From: Yuukianura sp. NJ FZ-2021
Lineage: Eukaryota
NCBI GenBank assembly: GCA_046563655.1
Contig: CM102285.1
Location: forward strand, 9,052,001 to 9,116,000
Length of the DNA stretch: 64,000 bases
Direction of reading: 5' to 3'
Part shown: positions 39,201-50,512 of the stretch, one piece after another
Layout: the number at the start of each line of letters is the position of its first letter
Numbering within the stretch: the first letter of the stretch is position 1
Notes under the pieces: model-generated
Seen by the model: only the letters and a program-made list of their open reading frames with translations
What the model was told of the DNA's origin: nothing
Databases searched by the model: none
Made by a program: the position numbers and the translations under genes

Positions 39201-41092
39201 ATTGATTTGTAATTGGGGGTAAGGGAGCGTTTCAGTCCAAGGGCTCGGAAACCTTTTCCAAGGTTCACAACATCAAATTTTGTTCAAGGATTTGTTTGAT
39301 TTGGTTAGCAAGAAGAGTAAACATCAATGTTAAGAATATCAATGTTAAGAATTTCCGGATTCCTGGAGCATTTCATGTCGCTACATCAAATTTTGAAATC
39401 AGTTTTCAAAATTCCTTTGGGAATGATTTGTTACGAATTTTGAACGCCCGAGAACGCTTGTTAAAAGAAAACATCTTCGGAATGTTAGCTTTAGCCCGTT
39501 TTAAGACGTGTTAATGTTCGCGAAATTATCCACTTTAATAATGTTGAGGTTTCTCGTAGGTTTCTCTGCGTTAAGTATCGGTGTTTACAACAATCGTCGC
39601 GAAAAGTACTTCTATCGTTAGTAATTTAGTGATTTCACAATTTTCAAAATTCGTTTTTTTTTTAAATAGTACCTAAATTTTTTTAAATTATGTTTCGAGG
39701 AACAGTGTTTTTACTAACGCGGGAAATGACGGAGAAAGTTTAAAAAGTAGAAAGCCAAATAGACGTATGACGTTTCGTTTTGACAAGAGTAACTTTTTAC
39801 CAAGACAGAAAGCTTTTTGTTGGTCTTTGTGGTTAAGCAAACTCATTAATCTCTCATTTTAATTAATGAAAAACTTATTTCTCTTCTGCTTCTGGCAAAG
39901 GACAGCAGACAAGCGGAAAGCGACGTCATCCTGACTCCAAATTTCCCCTTAGAAATTTTGAGAAAGATGGAAACTAAATTTAATAAAAGCAAAAGTCCGT
40001 TCCAGAAACAAAGGAGCAAAGTTTTCCAAGAAGCTTTCCCTCGGATTTGCGTCCACCATGATTCCACTTTCTGTTTTTTTTTCTGGCCCGCCAGTCGCTG
40101 GAGGAGACACTTTTCATTTCTGTCTTTTTTTCTCTCTTTTCGTCTTTTTTGAATTGTGAAAGTGAAAAAAGACATTGAGCTTTCACTTCTTTTTCCTGCC
40201 TAAACTTTCCACTTTGTGCAGAACGGCCCAGGAAGTGGGCGTCAGTTGTTAAATTCCGTCGAAGTTCAAAGATGCTCTGTGCAGATCTATGTGCTCTCAA
40301 CTTATTCCATCTGCCTTTTTTAATGCAATTTCCATTATTGATTCGCCTAATCTAAGCAAAAGTTCTTTTAAAAAAGACGAGCAAAAGGGGATGGAATAAG
40401 TGGAAATGTTTGTAGAAATTGAAAATGTTCAAGCAACTCACATTTCTCTGACAAAAAAAAAGTTCTACAAGCCATGCATCTTCAAATCCTTTTACGATCG
40501 CTTTTGAGTTTTCTCAAGTATTTGCGTCAAAATTCTAAAAAAAGTGCCTTAGGCAAAACTGAAGCAGCTTAGCTCTCGTTTCAATTTCAAATTTTTGATT
40601 GCTCTTTTTTTAAAAGGATTTTCTGGATCACATCCTTTCATCGAAATTGGATCCGACGGGAAATTTTTTCGCAAAAAAAATTACCTGGCAAAATTTGTCG
40701 AAGATCACTCAAAGCCTGAAAAAACCGCTCGATTGCAAAACGGCTTTCAAAGTGAACCATTTTTTGTCAACATATCATGTTTTCAAAATAAAATTCATTA
40801 AGTAATGCTAGATTGTAGTTTGTTAAGCATGTCTGGATGTTACACTACATTATACACGCGATTTACCCAAATGGAGAAAGTACTGTGTTCAGTCTTCAAT
40901 AAATATTTCAATTGAACAATTTGATAGTAACAACAGTAATTCAATTCTGCACGTCAACAATACAGTGAGCATTTGCTGTTCCTTTGAACCCTAATTCTGT
41001 CAAGTGCAAAATTGAAAAGTTCGATCGTGCATTCAAATGGGATTAATGATTTAGAAAGTCTTTACCTCTTCTTCAATGAAATGATCATCCAT
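24222..41092 (-). CDS. DPP4: Dipeptidyl peptidase 4-like (venom DPP4/omega-type S9B), catalytically intact, 16 coding exons, ~870 aa
   Basis: Exons 41092-41066 (MDDHFIEEE), 35825-35612, 34753-34659, 32789-32715, 32587-32535, 31330-31119, 30338-30172, 29157-29054, 27263-27140, 26459-26218, 26078-25673, 25590-25421, 25325-25131, 24974-24811, 24652-24441, 24374-24222 join in frame (2613 nt). Motifs RNWKG-TM, DWLYEEE, VYGGPG, GWSYGAY (Ser), HGTGDDNVH (Asp), IYPDEQH (His). The first exon is less certain than the rest. Confidence 0.9.
30500..30873. mobile_element. Non-autonomous DNA transposon (374 bp) with perfect 14-bp TIRs and 9-bp TSD, in an intron of the DPP4-like gene
   Basis: CTGCGGCGC (30491-30499) | CATTGAAGAAAGCA (30500-30513) ... 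TGCTTTCTTCAATG (30860-30873) | CTGCGGCGC (30874-30882). Confidence 0.85.
36671..36934 (-). CDS. Candidate alternative first coding exon (up to 88 aa, ends ...QQLALMEEQ) of the DPP4-like gene
   Basis: Open frame from ATG at 36934 to a CAG|GTAATA donor at 36670, phase 0, joining DLVVASP at 35825. The region is GC-richer than the surrounding intron. Downstream ATGs (MPQG, MTKA) are alternative starts. Confidence 0.55.
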
Positions 41093-41745
41093 GTTGTCTC
41101 TTCGTCGGAAGTCAAAGGCCTTGGGTTCTAGTGAAAGTCGTCTTTAATTATAGTAGTTATACGGGTAGTGATTCCTCAGGAAGTCCCTAAAGACATGTCT
41201 CTCAATCCACCAGAACCTCCCATTTCGTCCACGTTTAGTTTTCTTTATGAATAATTAGGCAGTTCCAGGAGAAAGTCTGAGTAAACAGTTTGTTAGCCCA
41301 GATCTTTCCTTCATTTTCACTCAAACTTCTTGTGTCTTGATCCAGTTACAGAAATCGACACGGTAAACAGCAGGAACTTTCTTAACTCAATGACGGCCAA
41401 CTGAGCCCTTAGCAGTAAGGTTAGGTTATGTGTGTTAGGTTGAGGCACTAGGATCAGGATGTCCTGATTTGGGCTGATAACTACTCTGAAAGGTCAACAG
41501 TGTCGTGACCTGGAAAAGACCACGTCACTTGCGGGTCTGAACGTTAAGTATGAGTGGTGTGCTGGCAGACGACTTAGTAGTGACTGTGGGAAGGCGTATG
41601 TATGTGGAAAGGGATTTAAGATTTTGATGGGATCAGAGCGCGCTTCCTACTTTCTCCGAACAAGGCACGGGAACCTTGAAGGCGACTTTCACCACGGACC
41701 CGAAACGGCCTTCGTGCATACCCTAGGTAGGCACGAACTCAATAG

Positions 41746-41754
41746 TTTTATATA
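41746..41754 (-). promoter_or_regulatory. Putative TATA box for the DPP4-like gene
   Basis: TATATAAAA on the - strand within a GC-richer segment ~650 bp upstream of the ATG at 41092. Confidence 0.35.
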
Positions 41755-42257
41755 GCAACTACGTTCGGCCCCTTCGACGAACATGCCGCTCCTCTTATAA
41801 GGCTTCCATCCCTCCGAGACCATTGGGAATCAACATCTGAAAGTGCTTTTTACTCCGTTTTCACATCACCTTCTGACACTCACTTGAAATACTTTCCTAT
41901 TTTTGGAAACGGCCACCCCCTGTTATGGCTGTAAGTGTAACAGACGCTTCTGAATTAATTACTTTACTACAGTCGAAAACACGATTTCGACATGCCAAAT
42001 GAAGTGTAGAATTACCAAAGAACTGACGGTGTCCTAAATAACTCGTAGACATGCAATGTCCAAAAACCGCTAATGAACTTTCCTGCACCTTTAACATTTG
42101 TCTCGGAAAGAGAAAGTTTCATAGTTGTTTATGCTCTATTTTATTTGTTTTTAATTTCTTGTGGTGCTTTTGGAATAATTTAAGTTGGACAACAATTTAT
42201 GTAATTTGAACATGAAACTGGAGCAGTGAAAGCATTTGTTTGAACTGTAATGAATAT

Positions 42258-43549
42258 TTAGTAGCCGTTACAATCTCCGCTAGTGAGAAGACAGCATTCC
42301 TTGGAAGCGCATCCAGCGGGACAGTTTTCTCCAGTGTTGCACTGAATTTTAGTCCCTATACAGTGGGTCCAGAAGAACGTACTAACACGACACTGGCATT
42401 TGTAGCCCACTTGGGAAGGTCCTCTGGAAATTATGCAGCCTTTCTTAGCTGCCACGTAGTGACATTCGCAGTGGTCCTGAGGTTTACTTTCTCCTGTTTT
42501 CCATTTCAAAAGAAACTCAGAATTATAATCAAACCTGATAAAGTCCAAGGCCCGTAGGCCGGGGGGACTAGAGCTCCGGCTCTATCCTACTAACACCTTG
42601 GACGGGCGCGGGTTCGAGTCCCGGCGTCGCCGACACGAAAGTCGTTTTCCAGAAATGGTTTTTCCACTTTCCTAGCCCAGATGGGGTGTTCGGATGATAG
42701 GTCAGTTTGGGGGTTATGGGTGCGTGTGAAGAGGTCAGTAGTTGCTGTTGTGGAGGGGGTCGTGGGCCGGTATGCGTACGATGCTGTTCCTGTCACTTGC
42801 CTGGAGCGGTGATATGTGGTAGGGCCCTAGCCCGTTCAGCTCTAGCAGAAAGCCTTTCGTCCTTCCCTCAGAACTTCTCGCCAACTATCTGACTGTACCA
42901 CCGCCCCACCTCATAGGACCTCAACCCAACCCAGAAATTCCCTACCCCTGTTGATAAAGCTAAATGCTAATGTCAATTAACTCTCCAAAAAAAAAAAAAA
43001 ATAATAATCAAACCTGAGGAACATAATTTCAAGAAATTTTTAAAAGAACGATAAAAATGAAAACTGTGCTAACGAATTCCTATAAAATACGAGCTTTTAA
43101 AAGTTGAAATTCATGTTCATAGGAACTGTCTAAAATATGTTGTAGTAATATGATTGTAATTCCTACACAATAGGATGTAGTAGCTAGGTATTGCATCATT
43201 AGCAAAATCTTATTTCAGTACTTTATTAGTGTTAAATATGTAAATAAGATCATACTATACTGAAGAATATACAAATTATTTTGATAATTTTGAGCAAGAA
43301 GCGAGTACTAATCTTAACGAGAAATTGATAGTTTTGGCACCAATATGCACTCAAGTAAATGTGTCATTTCTTAAACTTTGCGTCGAGAAAGAATCAAACG
43401 CTAACAAAAATAGCTTGTTTCTTGTATGACAGTAAACTGCAGATACTGCTACAAAAAGTCAATTGCATAAAAACTGTGATGCACTTACCAAAATCCAGGA
43501 TTTGGATGAGAACGATTACGAAAATGAATGCTAAGCAGACCCGCTTCAT
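42258..43549 (-). CDS. Small secreted cysteine-rich peptide, 2 exons (43549-43489, 42493-42258), 98 aa, 12 Cys in the mature part
   Basis: Signal-peptide exon MKRVCLAFIFVIVLIQILDF-G|GTAAGT (phase 1) joins AAAACAG|GA-ESKPQDHCECHY...SGDCNGY*. AATAAA on the - strand at 42140-42145. Confidence 0.8.
42539..43003 (+). mobile_element. tRNA-derived SINE (~465 bp) with poly(A) tail and 14-bp TSD
   Basis: TSD ATAATCAAACCTGA at 42525-42538 and 43004-43017; A15 tail at 42987-43001; B-box GGTTCGAGTCC at 42611-42621 in a CGGG/CCCG T-arm stem; degenerate D-arm/A-box-like GGCCCGTAGGCCGGGGGGACTAGAGC at the 5' end; GC-rich relative to the host intron. Confidence 0.88.
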
Positions 43550-45511
43550 GTTGACAGGTAAATACTAGGTTGTGTAACTTTTGGTAAGTATTGGCACACT
43601 ATTCTTCGTTGCATTCCTAATTACTATTTATATGAGTTTGGAAAATTAAGTCTAGGTACAAAAATTGGGTCAACGTGCGTCAGATTCGAAGAAATTGTTT
43701 CGCAAAAGTGCATATTAAATCATATCGTCCTTGGACATACGATTGAATTGAGTTTGACCTCACAACAGGTTTGATGAACTGTTAACAAAACATGCAAGTT
43801 ATTCCTACAAAACCAGTATTCCATGGTCTTAAACCACTTCGTCATATCATTTCAACGCTCCATAGCAGTAGTACTGGCAAAAAATACTCGGCTCGTATTA
43901 TAGTGAATTAAGAATTAAGAAATTCAAGAATTACGATGGAAAAGGCGGGTAACAAAAGCTACAATAATTAATTCTGGAAATGCTTGAATGATAATTTAGG
44001 GCCTCAGTTTTCTTTGAATGTTGGAAATGAGCCAAGACAAGAAAGCTACCATAACATTGGGCGCTGCAAGAAAAAAAGCGCGGATACTGTTGTTGGAGCT
44101 TCATGCTGAATTAATTACAAAATCTCCAGAATTTCGGGGGGTTTCGCTTTCATATTTAATTTATCCTGGTCTTGTCGTGCATAAAGAAAAATTCCAGCAA
44201 AAAATATAATCTTTTTCATCTCGTTCCAGTGTATGTTCTTTGAAAATGAATTCCTTGAGTTTATTAAGGTTTAAAAAAAAGTTTGAAACGCTGTCTCCAT
44301 TTACTCCTTATATGCTAAAACAAATGGTTCAAAAAGATATTGGAAAGTGAAAACTTTTTTGCCGACAAAACTTAACAAACATTTAATGATGCATGTTTTT
44401 GAAAAATGAATTGCGATGCATTTAAAAAAAACCTTTGCGACTGAACTTTCTATAGAGTAAAGTTGTGCGTTGTTCCAGATAATTCATACGACATGGCAAA
44501 ATTAACGAAAAAATTTCAAGTTGAAATACTTTCTTCAAAATAAAACTCCAAGATCACTAGTGAATCGAAGTAAAAAAAAAGTCGCAAGATCTCATTTTAA
44601 TTCTTTGTATTTAAAGTTGCTTGGAATCATAGGAGTTTAGAATGAATGCTCAGTTTGGACGTTTTAGTAACATGCATGGTTTACCCTATAGTACTACGCT
44701 AAAAGTTAAATCGGTAATTAAAATTGTTTAATTAAAAAACTAGTAAAAATTATTAATAACAAAGAGAGCAAAACGGTTAAAACACAAAGTAATCAACAAT
44801 ATTTATAGGCCATCGTTTGCTAATAATAAGTTAAAATATCTAGTTCACTTTCATCCCATAGGTTTGCTACACTATTATTTACTACACAATTTAACTTTTG
44901 TTAATAAATTAGGTTTCATTGTAATGTTATTGTCGTTGTCTCTGGCTCCTTGTTGCTGTTAAGGCTCATAAAGTTAAACCTTATTTAAGCTAAAAGTTAA
45001 TTAACATTTATCATTTTCAGCAACCTCTAATCCTACTTTGAGAAGAAAAAAATCATTTAGAGCATAGGACAGTTGTTTCTTCACTTTAGGCATTTTCTGG
45101 ACGATTCAATTTTTTAAACATCGAAATTCTTGGACATTTAGAGCATGCATTCGGAATGTTTCTTTTTCTACCTAAACAAAGGCGCAACGTTTGGCAAAAC
45201 GTTTTGTCTATCGAACAGAAATTGACAAACTGGTTTTCGAATTTCATATTTTGAACAAGAATAGTTCAAGAACTCATGTTTTTGAAAACGTCTCCCTACG
45301 GTTCAATTCAAATTAGAGTGAAAAATTTAGTTTGTCTACAAATCGTCTTTACGTTACTTAAGTTTCACAAGGACGTTGACACATACGTTTTTGAGAGCAC
45401 TTTTAAGCCAAATTAGCCAAAGGCATAGCAATAATCTCTTAGGTTTTGAATTTTAGTAATTTTTTTAAGTAGAAATTTGAGGCACTGGAATTTTACCATA
45501 GAAGAGCATTT

Positions 45512-47033
45512 TTAAGTTGCAGTTGTGGCGAAGGATTCGAAATCACTTTCTCTTATAATTCTAGCTACTGCTTTGTAGTCATGGTGTTTCTTATGAGCAC
45601 TGTAGACATGAGTCAGAAGAGAGTTACGTGAACTGTAGACACGTCCACAGATTAAGCACTTCCCTTGGATTCTGGCGCAGTGGACGTCTTCCATGTGTCG
45701 CTTCAAAGCGGATAAGCTGCTAAGCACTTTGCTACAACTTGAGCACTGTACGTAGCGTTTCGTCCGTCGTTGACCGCTGAAACGAAAACCAAATTAATCA
45801 GAAACTTTTGCAAAAAAGCTGCTTAAGAATTGAATCTGAACTAACGTTTCGTCAATGTCGAAAAGTACTTGGCCCTGTGAAGACATCGTAGATTTCAGGG
45901 GCTCCCGCATCATTCTCATCAGAATTCCATCTCCGGAAGTACCGAATTTTTTGTGCACGTTCTGCTTAGAGTCATAGCCTCCTCCTCGATTCCCGTTTCC
46001 AGAAGTAGAAGAATGTGCAATGCCCCATGACCTGGACGTGACCTGTTGTTGCATTATGGGCAAATGCTTATGGTCAAACGAGCCTTCAACTTCCATAGAC
46101 ACTTCTGGCAAGAGCGGAAGGCCTTCGTTGTCACTCTCTCCGCCATCGTGAGGAGTCAAGGGGTCACCGGGAGTGTCATCTTCGTCATCACCGGACAGAA
46201 ACATTATTTCCTTTTCTTCGTAATCTTCATAGTCGGATCGTATGGAATGGTTATGGTTGAGCTGTCGCTGTAAAATGGACGTCACCTCGGCCTCGCCCTT
46301 GGTCACTTGCCTGTCCTTGGGTTCGTTGTTGTTGGAATGGTCAGTGGAATGGATTTGGTTATCGGGGGATCCAGTGGATGGACGGGAATGGTTAGTTGGC
46401 GCATGAGCAGTGACGGAATTTTGATTCATTTCGGAATGTTCTTGGGAATAGGTTTGTTCGTCGGCTAACAAATCTTCGGCTTCCTATGGATCAGAAACAT
46501 TTACAAGTTTTAGTTCGAACTCCGTGAAATCCAAACGATTTAGCTATTATGTTTTATAGTGTATACCTCCTCATCAAAGTCCATTCCTTTAATCTTCAAA
46601 ATCCGGGCAACATGGAGGAAGGACTTGAGATCCCTTTGTTTAATTTTGATCTCTCCTTCGTAGATAAATTTAAGTACATGTTCAAAATCTCTGGAACAAA
46701 TTTGCGGCAGGAGTAGGACGGAATGGTGGTCACCAGGAACGCTCTACATTCACAAACGATAATTGAATTTAAACTGAAACCTTGTGTATACTACGTAATT
46801 ACATACTCCTTGTTTAGAATATATTCAAACTACGTTTGTATGCTTACTTGCAGAACGTGTTTGAGGTAGGGGCTACTTGCAGACAGCAGAAGTCGGTGGG
46901 CCTTGAACAGTTTCCCTTCAGTAAAAATCGTCGTATCCACAAATGCTTCTTCTTGAAACAGGGAGGCAACGGACTCTAGCAATGACCCCTGGTTATCCCA
47001 ACGCAGCCTAAAAAGAGAATCTTTCTCCGCCAT
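45512..47033 (-). CDS. Tramtrack/broad/abrupt-type BTB-C2H2 zinc finger transcription factor, 4 coding exons, ~421 aa
   Basis: Exons 47033-46848, 46743-46567, 46483-45846, 45776-45512 join in frame (1266 nt). BTB: FRLRWDN...FVDTTIFTEGKLFKAHRLLLSASSPY...LKFIYEGEI...LKIKG. Two C-terminal fingers: CSSCSKVLSSLSALKRHMEDVH and CLICGRVYSSRNSLLTHVYSAH. Confidence 0.9.
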
Positions 47034-48988
47034 TGTGCCAATGTGTCGAGGTCACTGCAAAATGAAAATACAAGTATGAACAATCAACATCGAAGTTCTT
47101 AACGTATACTGCCAATGTCAGTAATAACGTCCCTGTGCGCTGTGAGGGATTATTATAATGTGCTGAGCGGGTCAAACATTTTATTTTATTTTATGTTGCA
47201 TTTCGTATGAGTAACTACAATGTATGGAAATTAACACCTAAAAAAACTGTACAACCAAGAAAACTGCTAGTCATGTTTCTAATTGGTAGAGAAGATTTAG
47301 GCGAAATTAGTTTTCTCGAGAAATGTCGTTATTTTCGAATGCAAAATATATTGAGACAGACCTGTACATAACATCTTACATGGAAATGATGAAATGAAGC
47401 AGTGATATGTCTACAGTTCTACAAATAGCATCGTAGTCTTAGATTTAGCCAGAGTAATAAACCATGATAGTTTTCATTAGGAGAAAGTTAAGTTAGTTTG
47501 GACGCTAACTGTTGTGTTATGTGAGAGATGTGACTCTGACTTGACAAATTAAGAGGAGAGGAGGGAGAACTGTCAAAGTTGACAGATCAAATGATGACAA
47601 AGAGAAATGTCAAAAAGTGACTTTCTAAACGTACCTTTCTCTCCCAGATTAGGCGCATGAGAATCACACAGAATTTAGTTGTTAGTTTTAGATTTGAAAA
47701 GTAACTTAAATATGACAATGGAACTGACTCCGAAATGATCCTGTATAGCGTATGTTGCGGTGTGGTAGAGGTGAAGCTGTTCTTAGAAGCCTCTTCCCAA
47801 GATCCTTTGAATCATTGCTCTCTTTGTAATTTGGCCTTTGGCTAGAATTTTTTTGGGAGTAAGTACTAGAAAGTGTTGGTTTAGCTGTTTGGCTAGGGGA
47901 AGTGGACAGGATGGAAGAAAGAAGGGCATCAACTCCTATGCCTTTGCAAAGGAGATAGTTCTCATCGAATTCCTTCTAGATCACCACGATCTTCATCTGA
48001 GATAGAAAGCAAAGGAAGCTAAGGGATCTTGCCTTCGTACTTAGGATCTTCGTAACTTTGGGAATAAGATCCATACCCCCAGGGGAAGCAACATCATAGC
48101 ATCAACCTCAATTCTTCCTCTGCTCTTAACGACGCCAGACAACAATGACCTCCAAAGTCTTAGTTGCATAGGACCTAGAAGATTCCACATCTCTCTGCAA
48201 AACTGGTAGCAAAGTAAGGCACGACAAAGGCTCAGACGCTATCGTTTGTTCACACAATTCATCAAACATCATCAGCATTCATCAAGGATTTAGACTAGCT
48301 CCAAATCCACAGAGACCAAAAACTAATTAATTTTTTATAAATTATGTTTTTGTAATAATGTCATTCACACATCACTCCCAACCCAAATGCAGTCTAAGAA
48401 TTAAAACAGACTTAAACTTCAAACCAAGTGATTAACGTAATTTTTTGCTTATTAGAGTCGTGTAATTTCTAAATCCACCAGGGAGAGCTTGAGGGGGCAT
48501 TGCACCCTCGACGTGAATTTTAGCACAAATGCAAAAGAACATTTTTTGTTAGTTTTGCATGTTGCAACTTACGAAATGTGAGTAAAAAGAAGAAAAAATT
48601 GCCACGTTACAATCGAATTGCAAAGTTACTAGACTAAGGTTCTGTTGGTAATTTACTGAATTTATGGAAATTATGGTTATTGCAATGTTGCTTTACGAGA
48701 AAAAAGCAAAACGTGTCATGAAAACGCACTGACGGAGTTCATCTATCCTTGCCCTTGACCTCAAATGAAATCTCATGCAAAACTGAAAAAAAAAACTGGC
48801 GAATTCAATTTGTGAATTTCCAAAAATAAAAAACGAAGTCGAGTAACCAACACATCCTAAATGCAAACGAACACTGGCTGCATTATTGCGATTCAAATGC
48901 GGCGGGGACGCTGGATTGCTTCAGTTTGCCGTGTCTTCTGCAAATATTTTCTGGAAGGGACGCCCCCTCAAGGCCCTAGGACGGAGGT

Positions 48989-48995
48989 TATAAAA
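48989..48995 (+). promoter_or_regulatory. TATA box of the cuticular protein gene
   Basis: TATAAAA followed ~33 bp later by an Inr-like CCAGTA (49021); ATG at 49155. Confidence 0.65.
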
Positions 48996-49154
48996 GCGTA
49001 GAAGCTCCAGGGAATACTTGCCAGTACTGTTCCAGCATCAGCTCGTCCAGCACCTTCGCCGGCAGCATCCAACTTAGTACTCCAACTTCCTCAAGAATCT
49101 TTCTGGACACTTCCTTCGCGTCGTCCACATTTCCTCTCAACGCAGAAGTTCATC

Positions 49155-49800
49155 ATGGCTCTCTCCGTTCCACAGGTTCGAATGCTTTTAAGAGCCAATT
49201 GTCCTAACTTTTCAAGGTCACGTTAATTACGTTGACATTTTGAAAATGTCGTGACCTCTTGTTGTTCTAAAATCTAAACCTTGCCAATGTTTTTGCTTGC
49301 AGCTCTCTTTCGCACTGGTGGCTGGTCTTTCTGTACTGGTGATCTTCGCACACTCTGCCGCTGTTGAGCCTTCGCCAGCGACCGCTGACCCCGCCAAGGC
49401 AAAAGCCAAGGAGGAACCGTGGAAGCCCGTAACGGAGCCACAGGAGTTCAAGGTCAATGTCGCCGACGGAATCCAAGGAGCCAACCAAATCCGCTACGAG
49501 AAGTGGGACAAGGGAGCCATGACAGGAATGTTCAGTAAGCCTCTTGGAGACGGAAAGCACGAGGTCGTGACCTACATTGCTGACGACAAGGGATACAGGA
49601 TCACGTCGACGAAGGTCGTGGATGAGTCGGAGCTGAGCAAGATCCAGGCTGGAGCTGAGTTGACTCCCAACATAGCTCAGGTTGATGTCCAGAAGAACGG
49701 TGTCGCCACAAGCTACACAGTTACGCCGGATCAAATTGCTCCCCATGACCCTGAGAAAACTGATGCCGCACAAGCTCAACCTGCACAAAAACAGAGTTAG
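49155..49800 (+). CDS. Cuticular protein with Rebers-Riddiford (chitin_bind_4)-type motif, 2 exons (49155-49175, 49303-49800), 172 aa
   Basis: Signal peptide MALSVPQ|LSFALVAGLSVLVIFAHSAA. GMFSKPLGDGKHEVVTYIADDKGY matches G-x8-G-x6-Y-x-A-D-x2-G-Y. AATAAA at 49894. Confidence 0.8.
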
Positions 49801-50512
49801 ATAGTTTTTTAGAGCCACAATACGCTTAATAGTGAAACTAATTTTTAAAACTTACCAATTCAATTGATAATTTTAATTTTCGATCCTTTGCCAAATAAAC
49901 TTCGAGTCTTAGAACAAATTGGCTTCCGCGGTTGAGTTCTGACGTTTGATTTTTTGCTGTAATTGATTTCACTTTAACCGCTGTGGAGAGAGGTTAGTAA
50001 ATTCAACTCATAGAATTTTTCATTTCCTTCAAACAAAACTTGAACTGCAACATGAAAATACTAGAAGAATAGTCAAATTCATAACTGATTAACTTGAATC
50101 TTTGATTTAATGAGATGAGAAGTAGATCGTCCACAAACGAAACGATTATAACAATTCTTAAGACAGAGACAGTGACCTCACACTAAAAAGTTACTTTAGA
50201 AAATAAATAGGAATGATCATGACCTTTTGACCTTTAGAAAGTAAGTTCAACATTCAGTCCTTCCTCTTTTCTACTCGACTTGTAGCAAATGTAACAAATG
50301 TATTGATAGGAATAATTCTGTAGTTAAATATAGCAATGACAGCACAAGAAGAAGCGATTCAGCACGACCGTCAAAGGCTATGCTTCAAGTTTGTCTTCCA
50401 AAGAAGATTAGCATTTCATATTTTTTTTTTCCAACATTCATACCGGTAAACTTCTATTTAACAATTTGGTGATCTGTTTCCGTTAACTGTCTCCACTGTT
50501 GTTCCGTGTGCT

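Noticed and set aside
42549..42630. Possible tRNA gene
   Set aside because: Only the T-arm/B-box is well formed, with no convincing cloverleaf, and it lies inside a TSD-flanked poly(A) element, so it is a SINE head.
47640..48350. GC-richer stretch between the BTB-ZF and cuticular protein genes
   Set aside because: No ORF, terminal repeats or RNA motif recognised, so no call can be supported.
49267..49818. 183-aa ORF antisense to the cuticular protein exon
   Set aside because: Non-ATG start and exact overlap with a GC-rich coding exon; an expected shadow ORF.
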